Part shown: positions 13,955-27,389 of the stretch, in pieces | Layout of the letters: each line of letters starts with the position of its first letter | Position numbering within the stretch: position 1 is the first letter of the stretch | Origin: Eledone cirrhosa | Lineage: Eukaryota | Reading direction: 5' to 3' | DNA: 64,000 nt | Assembly (NCBI GenBank): GCA_964016885.1 | Contig: OZ024744.1 | Coordinates: forward strand, 72,416,001-72,480,000 | Notes under the pieces: generated by a model | Told to the model about the DNA's origin: nothing | Databases searched by the model: none | What the model saw: the letters and a program-made list of their open reading frames with translations, nothing else | Made by a program: the position numbers and the translations under genes

Positions 13955-14011
13955 GTCATCTGTTTTACGTGTGTTGTGTTGAGGCAAATAACTATGTGTA
14001 TACTCTGGTCT
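13838..14011. repeat. Inverted repeat (~60-bp arms) with a (TA)n tract at its centre
   Basis: AGACCAGAGTATACACATAGTTATTTGC... versus ...GCAAATAACTATGTGTATACTCTGGTCT. Confidence 0.9.
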
Positions 14012-14089
14012 TGTATCTTACATTGCCATGGATTGCGCTGAGATACAACCGGTACTGGCATTGATAAATATGCTGGGTCCGTCACCCCT

Positions 14090-14125
<36 letters not shown>

Positions 14126-14678
14126 GGGGTGGGCTGCCTGTGTGATGTGTGTGTGTGATGTGTGTGTGTGATGTGTGTGCGTGATGTGTGTGTGCGTGCG
14201 TGCATGGAGAGTGTGTGTGTGTGTGTGAATAAGATAGTGTGAATATAAATTAATGCGATTTTTATTTTTTTTTAATCAAGAAAAACAAGAGTAGCTGGGC
14301 GAATTATAAGTAATAAAGAGTAGAATAAATAATTTGATTTAGAAATAAAACCGTAAGTAGTGGATAAACCAATACATACTGTGAGAATGGCAGACTGAGT
14401 TGACCTTAAAACATGACACGGCCAGACAAAGCTGAGACTGCTAGAGCTTGACGCTAGTAGTGTTCAGGTTGATCGTATTAATGGTGACAGTAGGACAGGC
14501 GGTCAAGATTGCGATGTAGCAGTTTAAATGATTATTATCATAAAAGTGGTGATGAAGGAAATGATTAAGATACTGAAGATAATGGATTTCTTTTTCATGG
14601 CATTCCTTTTCCAAGCCTTCGTCCTGACATGAACTCAAAAATGCTGTAAAGCTAACAGCTCTGACCGTAATTATTACA

Positions 14679-15112
14679 GTGGATTGGCAGTATCGGTAGA
14701 GGGTCGGACGCCATGCTCTGATGCATAGAGTTACGGCCCTTGCCATTCTGAGTTCAAATCTCGCCGAGGTTAACTTTGCCTTTCATCCTTACAGAGGTCG
14801 ATAAAATAAAACATCAGTAATGCAATGGCATCGATTTAATCCTTTAGCATTTACATAACTCCCTATATTTACTATTGTATTTTTACATTAAGGGCTTTGC
14901 CTCACATAATATCGAATCTATAAGATTTTGATATTATTTAATTTGAGAACAATACCTTAATATCAGAATGAACAACCGGTTACAGCTGGTTTGAACGGCA
15001 AAAGGTGAGAAAATTCTGGCCGGATACGGCCGGTTTAAATGCTAAAGGGTTAATCGACTTTCGTCTCTCGCAAAAAATTGCTGCCCTTGTGCCTATAGTA
15101 CAAATTATTATT
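14679..15112 (+). mobile_element. SINE family A (long variant) split by a TTAA-flanked MITE
   Basis: SINE stops at TCGATTTAA (14839) and resumes at TTAATCGACTT (15050). Confidence 0.8.
14840..15049. mobile_element. piggyBac-type MITE
   Basis: TTAA duplication at 14836-14839 and 15050-15053; TIRs TCCTTTAGCATTTA and TAAATGCTAAAGGG. Confidence 0.8.
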
Positions 15113-15625
15113 ACAGTCCTTTTAATGCCTACCGTAAATTATTGAGTTCGTTCACACGCCGCAATACCTCTTACAGCTAGCAGGGCGCGAACTTTGCAAA
15201 CGAAATATTTCGGTCTGAGACAATTCAGAGATATTAATGATTTTTTTAAATACTATAATACTAGTTTATGGACTTTCTGCACGAACTACTCTGATTTTTA
15301 GTTTTATTCACTTCATACCTCATCCCAATCTCTCTCTTTTACTCCCTCTTCCTATGTCTATCTCACGCATAGAAACACACGCATACAGGCATACACATGT
15401 ATTAAAACCAAGGAAAGAATGGAAGTCAGGCTAGAAAGGCGATGCTATGACATATATATATACATATGTATGTACACACACACACACACACACACACATA
15501 TAAATATATACACAAATATATATGCATACATATATACGTACATATATACATAAATAGATAGATCGATAAGTAGAAAGACAGACATATAGATAGAACAAAT
15601 TCATCGTAATCTAGTGCATATGCTT

Positions 15626-15818
15626 AATAATTGTTTCTACTTTTGGCACAAGGCCAGCAATAAATCCAGTATATTACTGGTACTTTATTCTATCGACCCC
15701 GTAAGGATGAAAGGCAAAGTTAACCTCCGCGGGATTTGAACTCAGAATGGCAAGGGCCGTAACTCTATGCATCAGAGCATGGCGTCCGACCATCTACCGA
15801 TACTGCCAATCCACCGCC
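15626..15818 (-). mobile_element. SINE family A, full length
   Basis: Reverse complement of 61831-62022. Confidence 0.9.
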
Positions 15819-16465
15819 CTTGTTTAATAATGATTAAGTAATATATGGAACAGAATTATTGTAATTGATTTAAATCAATATAAAATGAAATATGGCGATG
15901 ACAGGACAAGGGGAAGAAGGTCAAGAAAAATCAAGGATTCGGGCATCTTTATATAGAATGTTGTAATCAAGGAATTATTAAATAAAATATTTCTTTCTAT
16001 ATGTCTATACATATACAGAGCGATCCCACCATCTTCGTCAGACACGATGAACTAAAATCTTTATTTGTAAGATATATAGAGGTTAAAATTGGATACTTGG
16101 GACAATATATGTGTGTGTGTGTGTGTGTAACTTTATTTAGTTACCTACCTAGCTATGTGTGCTTACACACTTGTAAAAATTATCTCCTGTGATTATTCAT
16201 GTTTATTTATATGTTAATTAATTTCTAGTTATTATAAAATGCTCGGACCTACTCGTTAGAATCTTAGAGCTTATTTTGCGGGTGATATGGCGCATGTCTT
16301 TCTGGCATGACACCCATAATTTTGATTTAGATTAAATTCATTTGATTTATCTTAATTTTGGATATATATATATATATATATAAAACGAAGGAAATGTGGT
16401 AAGGAACCAGGTGGACCATAACGCACCAAAGTACTCAATACTTAGGGTAGTAGAGTGGGTAATAG

Positions 16466-16565
16466 GAACCAGTAAGACCCCGACGGCTGAGCTCAAGCCG
16501 TTTCGACGGCTAATTCAGAATTAGCCGTCGAAACGGCTTGAGCTCAGCCGTCGGGGTCTTACTGG

Positions 16566-16568
<3 letters not shown>
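16466..16568. repeat. Perfect palindrome with 51-bp arms and a 1-nt spacer
   Basis: Centre TAATTC-A-GAATTA at 16517; same family as 378-545. Confidence 0.95.
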
Positions 16569-16643
<75 letters not shown>

Positions 16644-16644
16644 C

Positions 16645-16723
<79 letters not shown>

Positions 16724-16771
16724 GTATTAGGATTGGTTCCAAGCAATAATTAATTGTATTTATTTTATGTT

Positions 16772-16811
<40 letters not shown>

Positions 16812-16852
16812 CGAAACATAAGTCAATTGCATGAACTCATAATCCTTTATTT

Positions 16853-16909
16853 ACTGCTATATATTATTTCGATGATAGCCATTGAATGGCTATGACCTCA
16901 TCAGGCAGT
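16853..16909 (-). ncRNA. Type I minimal hammerhead ribozyme
   Basis: ACTGC-CTGATGA-GGTCATAGCCATTCAATGGCTATCATC-GAAA-TAATATA-TA-GCAGT; lies in a ~170-bp module near-identical to 30170-30337. Confidence 0.8.
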
Positions 16910-16972
16910 TAGTCAGTTCTTAGATATGCCAGCTCTGTGTGTATAGTGTTGATGGTATCAGAACCTTGGGAC

Positions 16973-17044
<72 letters not shown>

Positions 17045-17296
17045 TAAAAATAAAGAATAAAAACAAAGAAACAGTTCCTTATATTAAAAAATTCATCATT
17101 TTACGATCGTTTCTAGGATATATATGTGTGTGTTGGTATGTATATCATATAGATCCATGTAAAAATGTTACAAACTATCAGAGGGAATATACATACCTAC
17201 ACATATATATGCGGTCTGCAGAAATAATGATATTTTTTTTATTGAAAAAAATTTATTTAAAAACTTTTTCTCTATTTGCTAAACCTTGATTTTATG

Positions 17297-17388
<92 letters not shown>

Positions 17389-17459
17389 AAATCAAGGTTT
17401 AGCAAATAGAGAAAAGTTTTAAAATAAATTTTTAAAAGTTCGCTGTGCTTACTATATGT

Positions 17460-17541
17460 ACCTTTACCGCGGTTTCAAATCCCAAAATAAATGGATAATC
17501 CAGGCGGACTTCCATTGATAAAGGGACTCTCGTCAGAAGGT
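17460..17541 (-). ncRNA. Type I hammerhead ribozyme with extended stem II
   Basis: ACCTT-CTGACGA-GAGTCCC...GGGATTT-GAAA-CCGCGG-TA-AAGGT; palindromic stem III; GUA site. Confidence 0.85.
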
Positions 17542-17867
17542 TCTTCTCGCTCGGAGGATATAACATTCCCGAGTTCAAATCACAAACTGGCGCCATACAG
17601 AACTGTTCCCGGATGAGAGTGAATGAGGAAAGAAACTATTTTGTCTAGTGCCGTGTGTAAAGACAGAAGGCAAGGGCGGACAGGTCAATGTCCTGCCACA
17701 GCGAACTTTTTAAAATTTATTTTAAAACTTTTTCTCAAATTGGTAAACCTTGATTTTATATGTTCTGGCTCGTTAATTTATTAACCTGCCATAGAACCAC
17801 ATTGGCATAAGGTTGGGTAATACTTGTATTCCTATATGTATTTTTTACATAGGAACACATACTTTAT

Positions 17868-17970
<103 letters not shown>

Positions 17971-18089
17971 TGCAGTGGCAGACTGGCCAGGCTGGACCGG
18001 CAATTGCTCTGTATAATCAGCTCATGATTATTAGTGGAACTCTATAAGAATCAAACCTCTATAATCTTCGGCGGAAGCAGAGGAGTGCG

Positions 18090-18133
18090 TGGCTCTGATG
18101 AACGCCATCCACCGTGAAACAGACTGTCAGCTG
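18090..18133 (+). ncRNA. Type I minimal hammerhead ribozyme
   Basis: TGGCT-CTGATGA-ACG..CGT-GAAA-CAGACTG-TC-AGCTG; GUC site; the ~230-bp module is repeated at 37610-37848. Confidence 0.8.
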
Positions 18134-18269
18134 ATCACTCTTCTTTCACCGAAAAGAAGTAAGTGACATAGTCGCTACTTTAATACTGATAGCGTATGGT
18201 CTTCTAAATGTTTTTAATTAAACATATGGTATATTGCCAAATATACTATACAAATATATATATATATAC

Positions 18270-18303
<34 letters not shown>

Positions 18304-18954
18304 CGTATAAAATAATACCATGAATATGAATGGCAGTTTCCGAACACCACACGCACCAAAAATGTGTGTACTTTCGTATATGAAAAATACGAAATTATAA
18401 TTATTATTATTTTTGGAAAAGAAGTTGAGTGTGGACAGAGAGAGGAACTCTTCTTCAGTAAATTTACCAAAAGTTTGGCGAAAGTAGTAAAAGTGGCATG
18501 AGTGAATGTGTCTATATTCAACTTGTGCCTGTAAGTCGGACCACTTATTTAAATTAATCATTTTTTGTTGGAATGAAGATGGCGAAGAAAAATATTGCAT
18601 CCGCTAAACAGAATAGCTAGTTGTCTATGGAATAGAATAATGACAGCAATAGCACCTGTAGCAATCGTAACAGTACCTACAGCAGCGACTAAAACCCCCC
18701 AAAATCAAGTGCTAACTGCTTTTTCCTTCTGTTTACACGCATAGATGTAAATCCCCGCTGTCCCAGTTTTTTTGTTTGTTTGTTTTTTTGTTGTTGTTTT
18801 TTTGCACTTTATTGTCCTTTCTTGTTTCGGTTCTAGTGGCCAATAAAGAAATAACAATTAATAATAATTATAATATTAATAATAGTTATTATCCTTCTTT
18901 GAGTCTCAGTCATTGATGTTATTTAACTGGAAAGTTTGTTGAAATGAATATCAA

Positions 18955-19125
18955 GCTACTACCTGCAGCCTCAGTGTTAAAAAAAACGGGGTTGGACTAA
19001 TGTTCTTTAAGCATCGTTGAAAAATCTTTGAGATAGTACCTAGTGCTCCTATGACAATCGGGACGACCTTGATCTCATGACAGTCCCAGATCCTATTTAA
19101 CTCCCACTTTAAACCCTGGTATCGG
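18955..19125 (-). mobile_element. R4-clade LINE endonuclease C-terminal fragment
   Basis: RYQGLKWELNRIW...VVPIVIGALGTISK. Confidence 0.65.
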
Positions 19126-19159
19126 TTATTATCATTATTATTATTACTATTATTATTAC

Positions 19160-19192
<33 letters not shown>

Positions 19193-19194
19193 AG

Positions 19195-20060
19195 TTGCAT
19201 TTATCTTGCTTTATGTTCATACGAGTTATCACCAAGTCACAACCAGTGACCTCAAGAGACAACAAGGTCCGCCATGTTCAAGAAAGAACATACATACACA
19301 CACATGCATCTTTAGGTGTTTAGACTTGTGATGTACTTATATTGACAGAATCTTCCTTAGTATATGGGCAGTTCATATTAGTACTTTCTTTTGTATTTCT
19401 CCTATACGCGGGTTTCCTGGGATTTGGGATAAGTAATCATTAGACCCCTCAGGTATCATTCCTAGAGCGCCTACAAACCACTGGTATTGTTTTAGTTCTC
19501 AATTTCCACATTTTTCTAATTTCTATCTCCAGGTCCTTATACTTGCTCAATTTTTCAAATGTTTTTATAGATACATTCTTGTCTATTGGAACGGACATAT
19601 CAACTAGCAGGCATGCCCTCTTTTTAAAGTCCTTCAGTATTATATCAGGTCTATTTACATCTATTTTTCGGTCTGTTTGGATGCTAAAGTTCCACAAGAT
19701 TGCGATGTGATCTTTTTCAAGTATGGGAGGTGGTTGATGCTCCCACCAATTCTTTTGATGGGGCAGGTCAAAATGCTTACACATTATCCAATGTATGTAT
19801 TGTGCAGCTCTGTCATGCCTGTTTAGGTATTCGGTTGGAGCTATAGGACTGCACATTGAAATTATATGGTCAATGGTCTCTGGTTGTTTTTTACATACAC
19901 GACATAATGGGTTGCATCCATTATTTATTATGTTGGCTTGGTAATTTTTTGTTGGCAGACACTGATCTTGTGCTGATATAATCAGTCCTTCAGTCTCCGA
20001 TTTCAGTCCAGAGGATGCCAACCACAGATGGGTTAAAGTTTTGTCAACATCAGGATTGTT

Positions 20061-20062
<2 letters not shown>
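19195..20062 (-). mobile_element. R4/Dong-clade LINE 3' fragment (CCHC + restriction-like endonuclease), frameshifted
   Basis: CRVC....ETIDHIISMC...RHD...RPDI...D...K..KYKDL in ORF 19449-20021; (TTA)n on both sides. Confidence 0.9.
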
Positions 20063-20126
<64 letters not shown>

Positions 20127-20582
20127 GCTTTATTATTGTTTTATTATTATTGTTTTATTGCTTGCTTTGTAGTTGTTTTTGTTCAGTTAATTTTGTTATG
20201 ATTTTTGCGTGTGTGTGTGTGTTTTGTTTTATTATTATTTTCCCTTTTTCCTGATTTTTTTCTTCTTTCTTTTCTTCTAATAACAAAATTAGATCATGTG
20301 TAAAAGCTGATTTAGTCTAGGTACTTTTACGTTTCTTATAATATCTGTCTTATATACACATAGGTGGAGTCTAACAAACCAGTGTGTGGTTGCTTCACAG
20401 ATACGTCGACAAGACGCCTAACAGTATGAATTGTTGACAGCTGTGTTGATATTATGTATCACAGAAGAAAAATGTAAAACAAACAACAACAAAAAATATA
20501 TATAGAATGAAAAAATAAAATAAAAATGAAGAAAACAAAAAAAGAAAACATTACAACAACAGCGGCAACAGCAGCAGCAGCT

Positions 20583-20648
<66 letters not shown>

Positions 20649-20914
20649 ATGATAAGGAAGATGATTATGATGACGGCGATGGCATAGTCGATAATGTCGA
20701 AGGCAACCATGTTGATGGTTATGTATATTCTGGTTAGAAATATGGTCACAAAAGGCTAAATGTAAAAATGATAACTAACTTAAGTATAAGTCAAGCAATT
20801 TGCGAGGGATGGGAAACCTAATAATATTAATCCCTAGTAGGTGACTGGTACTTTATTTTATCGACCCTGGAAAAATGAAAGACAAAAGTGACCTCGGCCT
20901 GAAAATAAATAAAG

Positions 20915-23605
20915 GCGACAATGGAATTCGCTAGGAAGACATTGTTCACAACAACGAACACAGCATCTGAACAAATTTGAAGGTCAAACACAAAGTATGT
21001 AGCCCATATATCCCCCCTGCCCCACCACCACCACCACACACAGAAAATGCAAGACCTTAGGGCACGATAAGATTCCAATGGGTTCGTTAAAATATTCAAC
21101 AGGGGTAACATAAGGTGTAGCAGAGTTGTTATTGAGATCTTATAGAATCGAAGACAACACCTGACTGGTTCCTTGATTTGAAAACGATCGTAATTCAAAG
21201 GACCAAAGAAACAGCAAACCTTAAAACCTACAGTCCCACCACATACAAAGGCTTAGGTGCAACAATATAGCAGAAATTGAATAAACACTTGAAAAAAAAA
21301 AAAGACCGAAAAACAATTTATTTCCAGAGGAGAAAGGGTGTTGCAAAAAACCCATGTCAGAAAAGATCAATTATTGATTAATAAAGCCATAATCATAATC
21401 TGCAGAAAGAGAAATAAGAAACTTAACGCCACATGGATTGACTGCCAGAAAGCTATTGGTAGTATTCCATACACGTAGTTACTAGAAATACTAACCATGT
21501 GTAAGGTTGCATCAATAATAAGCAAAAACTTTAAACATGTCATGAATAAATAAACAATTTCACAGGTACAAAAAGATAAATAATTATTAAAGAGAATTAG
21601 AAGGAGGATATTTCACTGGGAACCCCTCTTTTCTCTTTTTATTCTGTCTAACGCTCACATATTTAACCTATATTTTAAACATGAATAGACTCGGATGCAT
21701 ATGCAATATAGTAAAATGATAAGCTATTTTTTATATAAAGGTGACCCGATGGAGTTAGAGAGTCGGTCAAAATGTTTTGTGGCATTTAGTTACGGCTTTT
21801 GATATTCTGAATTCAATACCATCTTTCCCTTTCATACCAGTCACGCACTGAGTTCCATGTAATCAACTTCCCCTCCCCACAAATTGTTGATCTTATGCCC
21901 TAATTAGAAATTACTATGGGTTGCTAAATAAATTACCAGTCATGTAGTGATCTGATGTTATCAACTTCCCCTCCCAACAAATTGTTGATCTTGTATCCAA
22001 ATTAGAAATTACTATTAGTGGCTAAAATAAAGTACAAGTCAAGTACTTAATGTAATCAATTGATTTAGTCAGTTTTACCCTTGTGCCTAAATTAGAAATC
22101 AATATAAAAATGTCCTCAAAATTCAAATAAGAAACAGTTAGAAACACTACTACAGAGAGTACATTGATTTACCAGAGAATTTCGGGTGAAAAATGTGCTA
22201 AGGCAATACAGAAGAATAATTAATTAATTAAAAACACTAATATTCATGTTAGATAAAAATAAAATAGGAGATAAGTTAATCAGACCAAACACAAATATAC
22301 AAATGCGCAGGAAAAAAGATTTTAAAAAAATAGGAATACATTATTGGATTAGATAAGTACTTAAAAGATAGTTAAGTACAAACAAAATATGATAATAAAC
22401 AAAGCATCAAAACTCTAATTGTCCTAATAATAATTTTGAATTATAATATTCTAAATTAGACGGTAAACGAACTATCAAGATCTAACAGAGAAACAGGGAC
22501 GATAAAAAGACTGCATTTAAAAAACACAACCAGAAACATGACAAAATTATTATATTTACAATGAACATAGGGAAGAATGATATTTATGGAAGTAGAAAAC
22601 TGTTATAAAACATCCATTGTAGGACTACAAAAATATCTAATAGAAACCTCATGCTTCCAAACGCGAACAAATGAAGACATAACCCTTCTGACGTTAAGGA
22701 AATCATCAGAGGCTGAAATGGCTGACAGTGGTGATGAGAAAAGGGAGATAACAAACGAACGTGTGAAAAGGCTAAATCATAAGCTCGAATTGGAAATACA
22801 GAATGTTATGCTAAAGAAATAACAAGAAACACTCCTATATAGACAATACCTGGAAAAAAATCCAGATCTGCCAACCTCTAAAAACCCAAACGGGGAGTAC
22901 TATGGAAAAAGTACCCCAAAACGAGGAGAAATAAGGCAGAATAGAGAGATTTTACATAATGAAAGCTATACCCATTTTCACAAGAGAAGACATCTCTCAC
23001 CCACCCCAAAGTGGTTGGGAGATCTCCCCGTCTGATGCGGAGAGTTGATACGTCTGAAGCTGAAAAGTATGAAAAGAAACAAACAATAATCTCATCACTA
23101 AGAATTAAGGACTCAGATGTGAGACTGGAGTAGTCTTGATAATGGTTAGAGATCCATAAACTACCAAAAATATGTAATGAATCATCAAGTAATTGCAGAA
23201 TATGTGATGGGGATGAATCAATTAACCACATTGACGCTGGCTACCAAGTTTTAGCCATCAAAGAATATATCCACATGCATGACAGAATTTAATTTGGAAT
23301 TTCTTAGACTGGAATTTATGCCAGAGAAGATGTGGTGTAGACATATGCCAGAAAAGGTGTTAGAGAATGAGAAAGCGATTATCCACTGGAATATACTAAT
23401 ATACACAACTGGGAGACCCAGGCTAAATGGAATACCTTCTGGGAAATGAAATACCTCCTGAGCGAAAAATCAATTCAAATATACAATTATGTATCTCTAC
23501 AAACAAACAGAAAATATACAAATATAAAAATCTAGAAATAGAGGTAACTGGAATGCGTGACTGAATACGAAACTAGTCCCTATAATAGATGCCTTGGAAA
23601 TGGTT
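20915..23605 (+). pseudogene. Heavily decayed R4-clade LINE (RT to RLE), interrupted by SINE remnants at ~21750-22100
   Basis: Residual motifs EEKGC, DQLLINKAI, WIDCQKA, CRICDGDESINHI, HMHDRI, KYTNIKNLEIEV; many stops and frameshifts. Confidence 0.65.
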
Positions 23606-23609
23606 TTTA

Positions 23610-23840
23610 AATATTTCTTCTTGTGACGCTAAACTCCACCAGTTGCAGACTACGCATTAACACGTGATATATCTCTCCACAATGTTCGATCACCAGCAGC
23701 AAGTTCAAAGAGCAAAGATCAAGTCCAGTCCATAAATTGACATTGTCAAGCCATTGTTTTGGCTGCCGGCCTCTGCTTCTCTTACCAACCAACTTTCCTT
23801 CCAGGAATAACCTACTCACACCACGAGTTGATCTTTTTAT
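23610..23840 (-). mobile_element. RTE-like LINE 3' end
   Basis: LFLEGKLVGKRSRGRQPKQWLDNV. Confidence 0.7.
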
Positions 23841-23889
23841 ATGCCGTATAGTTTGAGGACTCTTGACTTGATAATTGATGTAATTGGTC

Positions 23890-24110
23890 TAAGTTTGGTG
23901 GATGGATGCTACACGAGAATGCTGAGGATATCTCTGAACATTAATCAGTATACACTGAGGATGGAGAACTCAGAGCTGTACGAGAGCTGTGGGAGCCCCT
24001 ACACGGACACACTAGAAGAAGGAGACCGAAGTTGACGTATATTGATGCCCTACGGTTGGACACTGGTCTCTGGAGACGCAGCAGATAGCAGCGATGATGA
24101 AGGACATGGA
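23890..24110 (+). mobile_element. RTE-like LINE 3' fragment
   Basis: LVDGCYTRMLRISLNI. Confidence 0.55.
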
Positions 24111-24154
24111 CTGCTGGAGAGAACTCGTCCCTGGATCTCAGGAGTTTTACCCAT

Positions 24155-24193
<39 letters not shown>

Positions 24194-24261
24194 CTTTGAT
24201 AACTTTAATAGATTTCGGCCAGTATTGGGCCAGGCCATGTCTAACGTAATAGTACTACCTG

Positions 24262-24292
<31 letters not shown>

Positions 24293-26351
24293 TTTTACTT
24301 TTTTTTTCTAAAAGTAAAATTTAACCTCATTTACTTTAAAGAAACTTCTCTCATCTTTGTTTGTATTCACAAAAGAAATCCAAATCACGGCGAAACCCGT
24401 GTCAGACATTCCTACTTAATCACTTCTCATCTTTATCCACGTCATCTACAACATAACACATTTTCACGTTCATGCGTTGATGATACAATTACAACAATAC
24501 TGTTTAAACAGACATTACGCTACTGACAAAATATTTCTCCCCTACAATAATTTCTCTCCTCCCCCCTCTCTCTTAAAATTACATAAGACGAAACCTTATT
24601 CCTTTGAAATTCCATTATAATTATTCAATAAAATCTAAAATCAGAGGTGTGTGGGCCAGATGACACGACTATTTATATATATATATATATACTTAGTTAC
24701 ATCTCTTCTTCTTGTGAATTCATCGCATTACTTGAGCCTCAGTTACGGCTCATATTTATTACGGTAAGAGTACAGATCAACTTCCCAGATGTCTAGAATT
24801 TTAACCATGACGCAAATCTTTTTTGTGTTGCAACCGTACTACCATTCTTACTTCATATCTAAAGCTTAAGCTTCTTGAGTTACAACCTCTGCTCTAATCC
24901 CTTACATAAGAACTACAGTTAAATGTCATGTATCCCAAAACATGGCTTCTTTACTTTCTACACTTCTATCCTGCTGGACAAAGGATCTTCATATATCTTG
25001 CTTCAAAAAACTGCAACTCCAATTTACCATTGAGTGATTCATTGAGCTCATACTCTCAGGTCTTCAGTCAGCTTAAAAACTTTATAGTTCATCAAATTAA
25101 AATCTTTATGCTACTTTCTGTTTGTGAGTTGCAAATGGCCATTATGAAGGATCAGTGATATGTATTGAGCTATAGCCACTGCATTGCTAAAGCAACTCAA
25201 TTCTCAAAATGTGTAATTCTCCCAATTTATATATAGGAACAATTTATCAATTTCTGCAAAAGCAATACTAAAATTTACAAGTTAAAATTGAGTCATTGAT
25301 ATGACTTAAATCCCAAAGCTTGTAGTAGAGCTGATCTCTTTCCTATACGTCACGAATCCGAAACCATCAATAGTGCCCCTACCACCCAATAAGGCATAGG
25401 ACTCTCAACAACAATATCCTTACTTCCGTTAACTCATCTTATCTTTTTGTGGGAAGTAAACCCAATGGATGAAGGCACAAAGTATTCGAAACGGCAAACG
25501 GTGAGTTTATTATAAACATATATATAAATGTTTGTAAACTTTTATATACTCAGATAAGTCTACATGGCTAAATGTGGACGCGTGTGTGTGCGCGTGTGTG
25601 TATGTAAATATGTGTGTGTGAGTGCGTGTAAATATGTGAGTGTGTATGTATTTGATTGTGTGCGTGGACGCGTGTATGTGTCCGTGCGAGTAGTGTAATA
25701 TATATTTTACTAAGAAAAGAAGAAAAAAGTGAGTGTTCGACTAAGATTAGAAGACGATAACAAGCAGCTGTTTTGCTGAACTCTTTATGAGGGTGAAGTT
25801 GATACTTCTATGATGACCTTTTGCAGGGCACAGTTGTTTTCGATGAGTTTGTGGGGGTTTTATGTTGTTATTTTTGTTGTTCTATGTTATGTTATTTATT
25901 TATTCATTTATTTATTTATTTATTTATTTACTCCTTTTGGTGTCGTAATGCAAAGATCTATCGTTCTCGCTATTTCAGAGTTTGGCCTTTAAAGAGTAAC
26001 CCTCAACCCTCAATCATGTTTGTGAAACACAGAGATGAAATCGCACAAGGAGTTGTGCGTGTGTGCGTTTATACGTGTCTATTTGTGTATTTCTGTGTGT
26101 GTGTGTGTGTGTGTGCGCGCGAAGAAGGGAGAGAAGAAAAAAGAAAAGCAAAGAGAGAGGAGATAGAGAGAAGGAAAAGGGGAGAGAATGAACGTTTGTA
26201 ATTTATTCAGTCCACAGCGTATGGAGAAAATCCATTCGAATAAAACATGATATCGGCGTGAAACCATGATATGGGTTTAATAGATTACTAATTCAGTTAT
26301 AAATAAACACACACATATACATACAGCCATGTGGTTGTATGTGCGTGTGCG

Positions 26352-26491
<140 letters not shown>

Positions 26492-26761
26492 CGTGTGTGT
26501 GTGCGTGTGCGTGCGTGTGTGTGACTATGTGCGTGTCAGTGATCCGGTCACAAAAGTACGACGAAAATATAGGGACTTTACAACATATAACATTAATATA
26601 TAAAAGAAAAGTGAATGTAACGGCATATGTACCTGTTAAATAGTTATATTATAAGTCTTCCATGATGTAACTGTTTGTTTCAATATATGATCTCAAGTGA
26701 AATCTCTTGCCAAGTAAAAACATCTTCACCTTGCTGCCTATTATTGCCCCACCCCACAGAC

Positions 26762-27035
26762 TCTTCTTCTTCTTCTTCTTCTTCTTCTTCTTCTTCTTCT
26801 TCTTCTTCTTCTTCTTCTTCTTCTTCTTCTTCTTCTTCTTCTTCTTCTTCTTCTTCTTCTCAAACACTCCCTCCAGCAGATCCTGTCAGAAGCAACCATC
26901 TTCAACTGATCCGGCTGGATCCCCAAGCGTGATCAGCCAAGCTCATGGATGTTATCCAACCATCTTGCTCCGGGTCTACCCCTGGGTCTCCTGCCAGTTG
27001 GCTTTGCCCCTAAAATCTGTCCAGCGTGTACCCTG
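26762..27035 (-). mobile_element. RTE-like 3' end with long (AAG)n tail
   Basis: LGIQPDQLKMVASDRICWR followed by about 33 AAG units. Confidence 0.55.
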
Positions 27036-27358
27036 ATGTCTCTTTTGTTCTCCCTTCCAACTACTTCCCTCCTATTCATTCATCACAATCTTCTTTTTTT
27101 TTTCATTAGTGCTAGACAGTGATACTCAAATGAGGCAAGTCTTTTTCACACTCTCGATGAAATACGTATTCCGAATCGTAAAATGGCCCTTTCTTAACAA
27201 CGTACAGGATTTTAGAAGGTCGTATACTTGACGGATAGAAACATTTCGCCGTAAAAACCACCATTAATTTCGATGACTTCTGTGTTTTACTAATTGTGTG
27301 TGAATGTGTGTGTATGTGTATGTATGTATGTATGTATGTATGTATGTATGTATGTATG

Positions 27359-27389
<31 letters not shown>

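Noticed and set aside
14400-14680. Minus-strand hydrophobic peptide (KKKSIIFSILIISFITTFMIIII*)
   Set aside because: Ends in a stop with no splice support or recognisable homology
24195-24246. Minus-strand GGCC...GGCC-GAAA-TCTAT-TA
   Set aside because: CUGANGA core is absent
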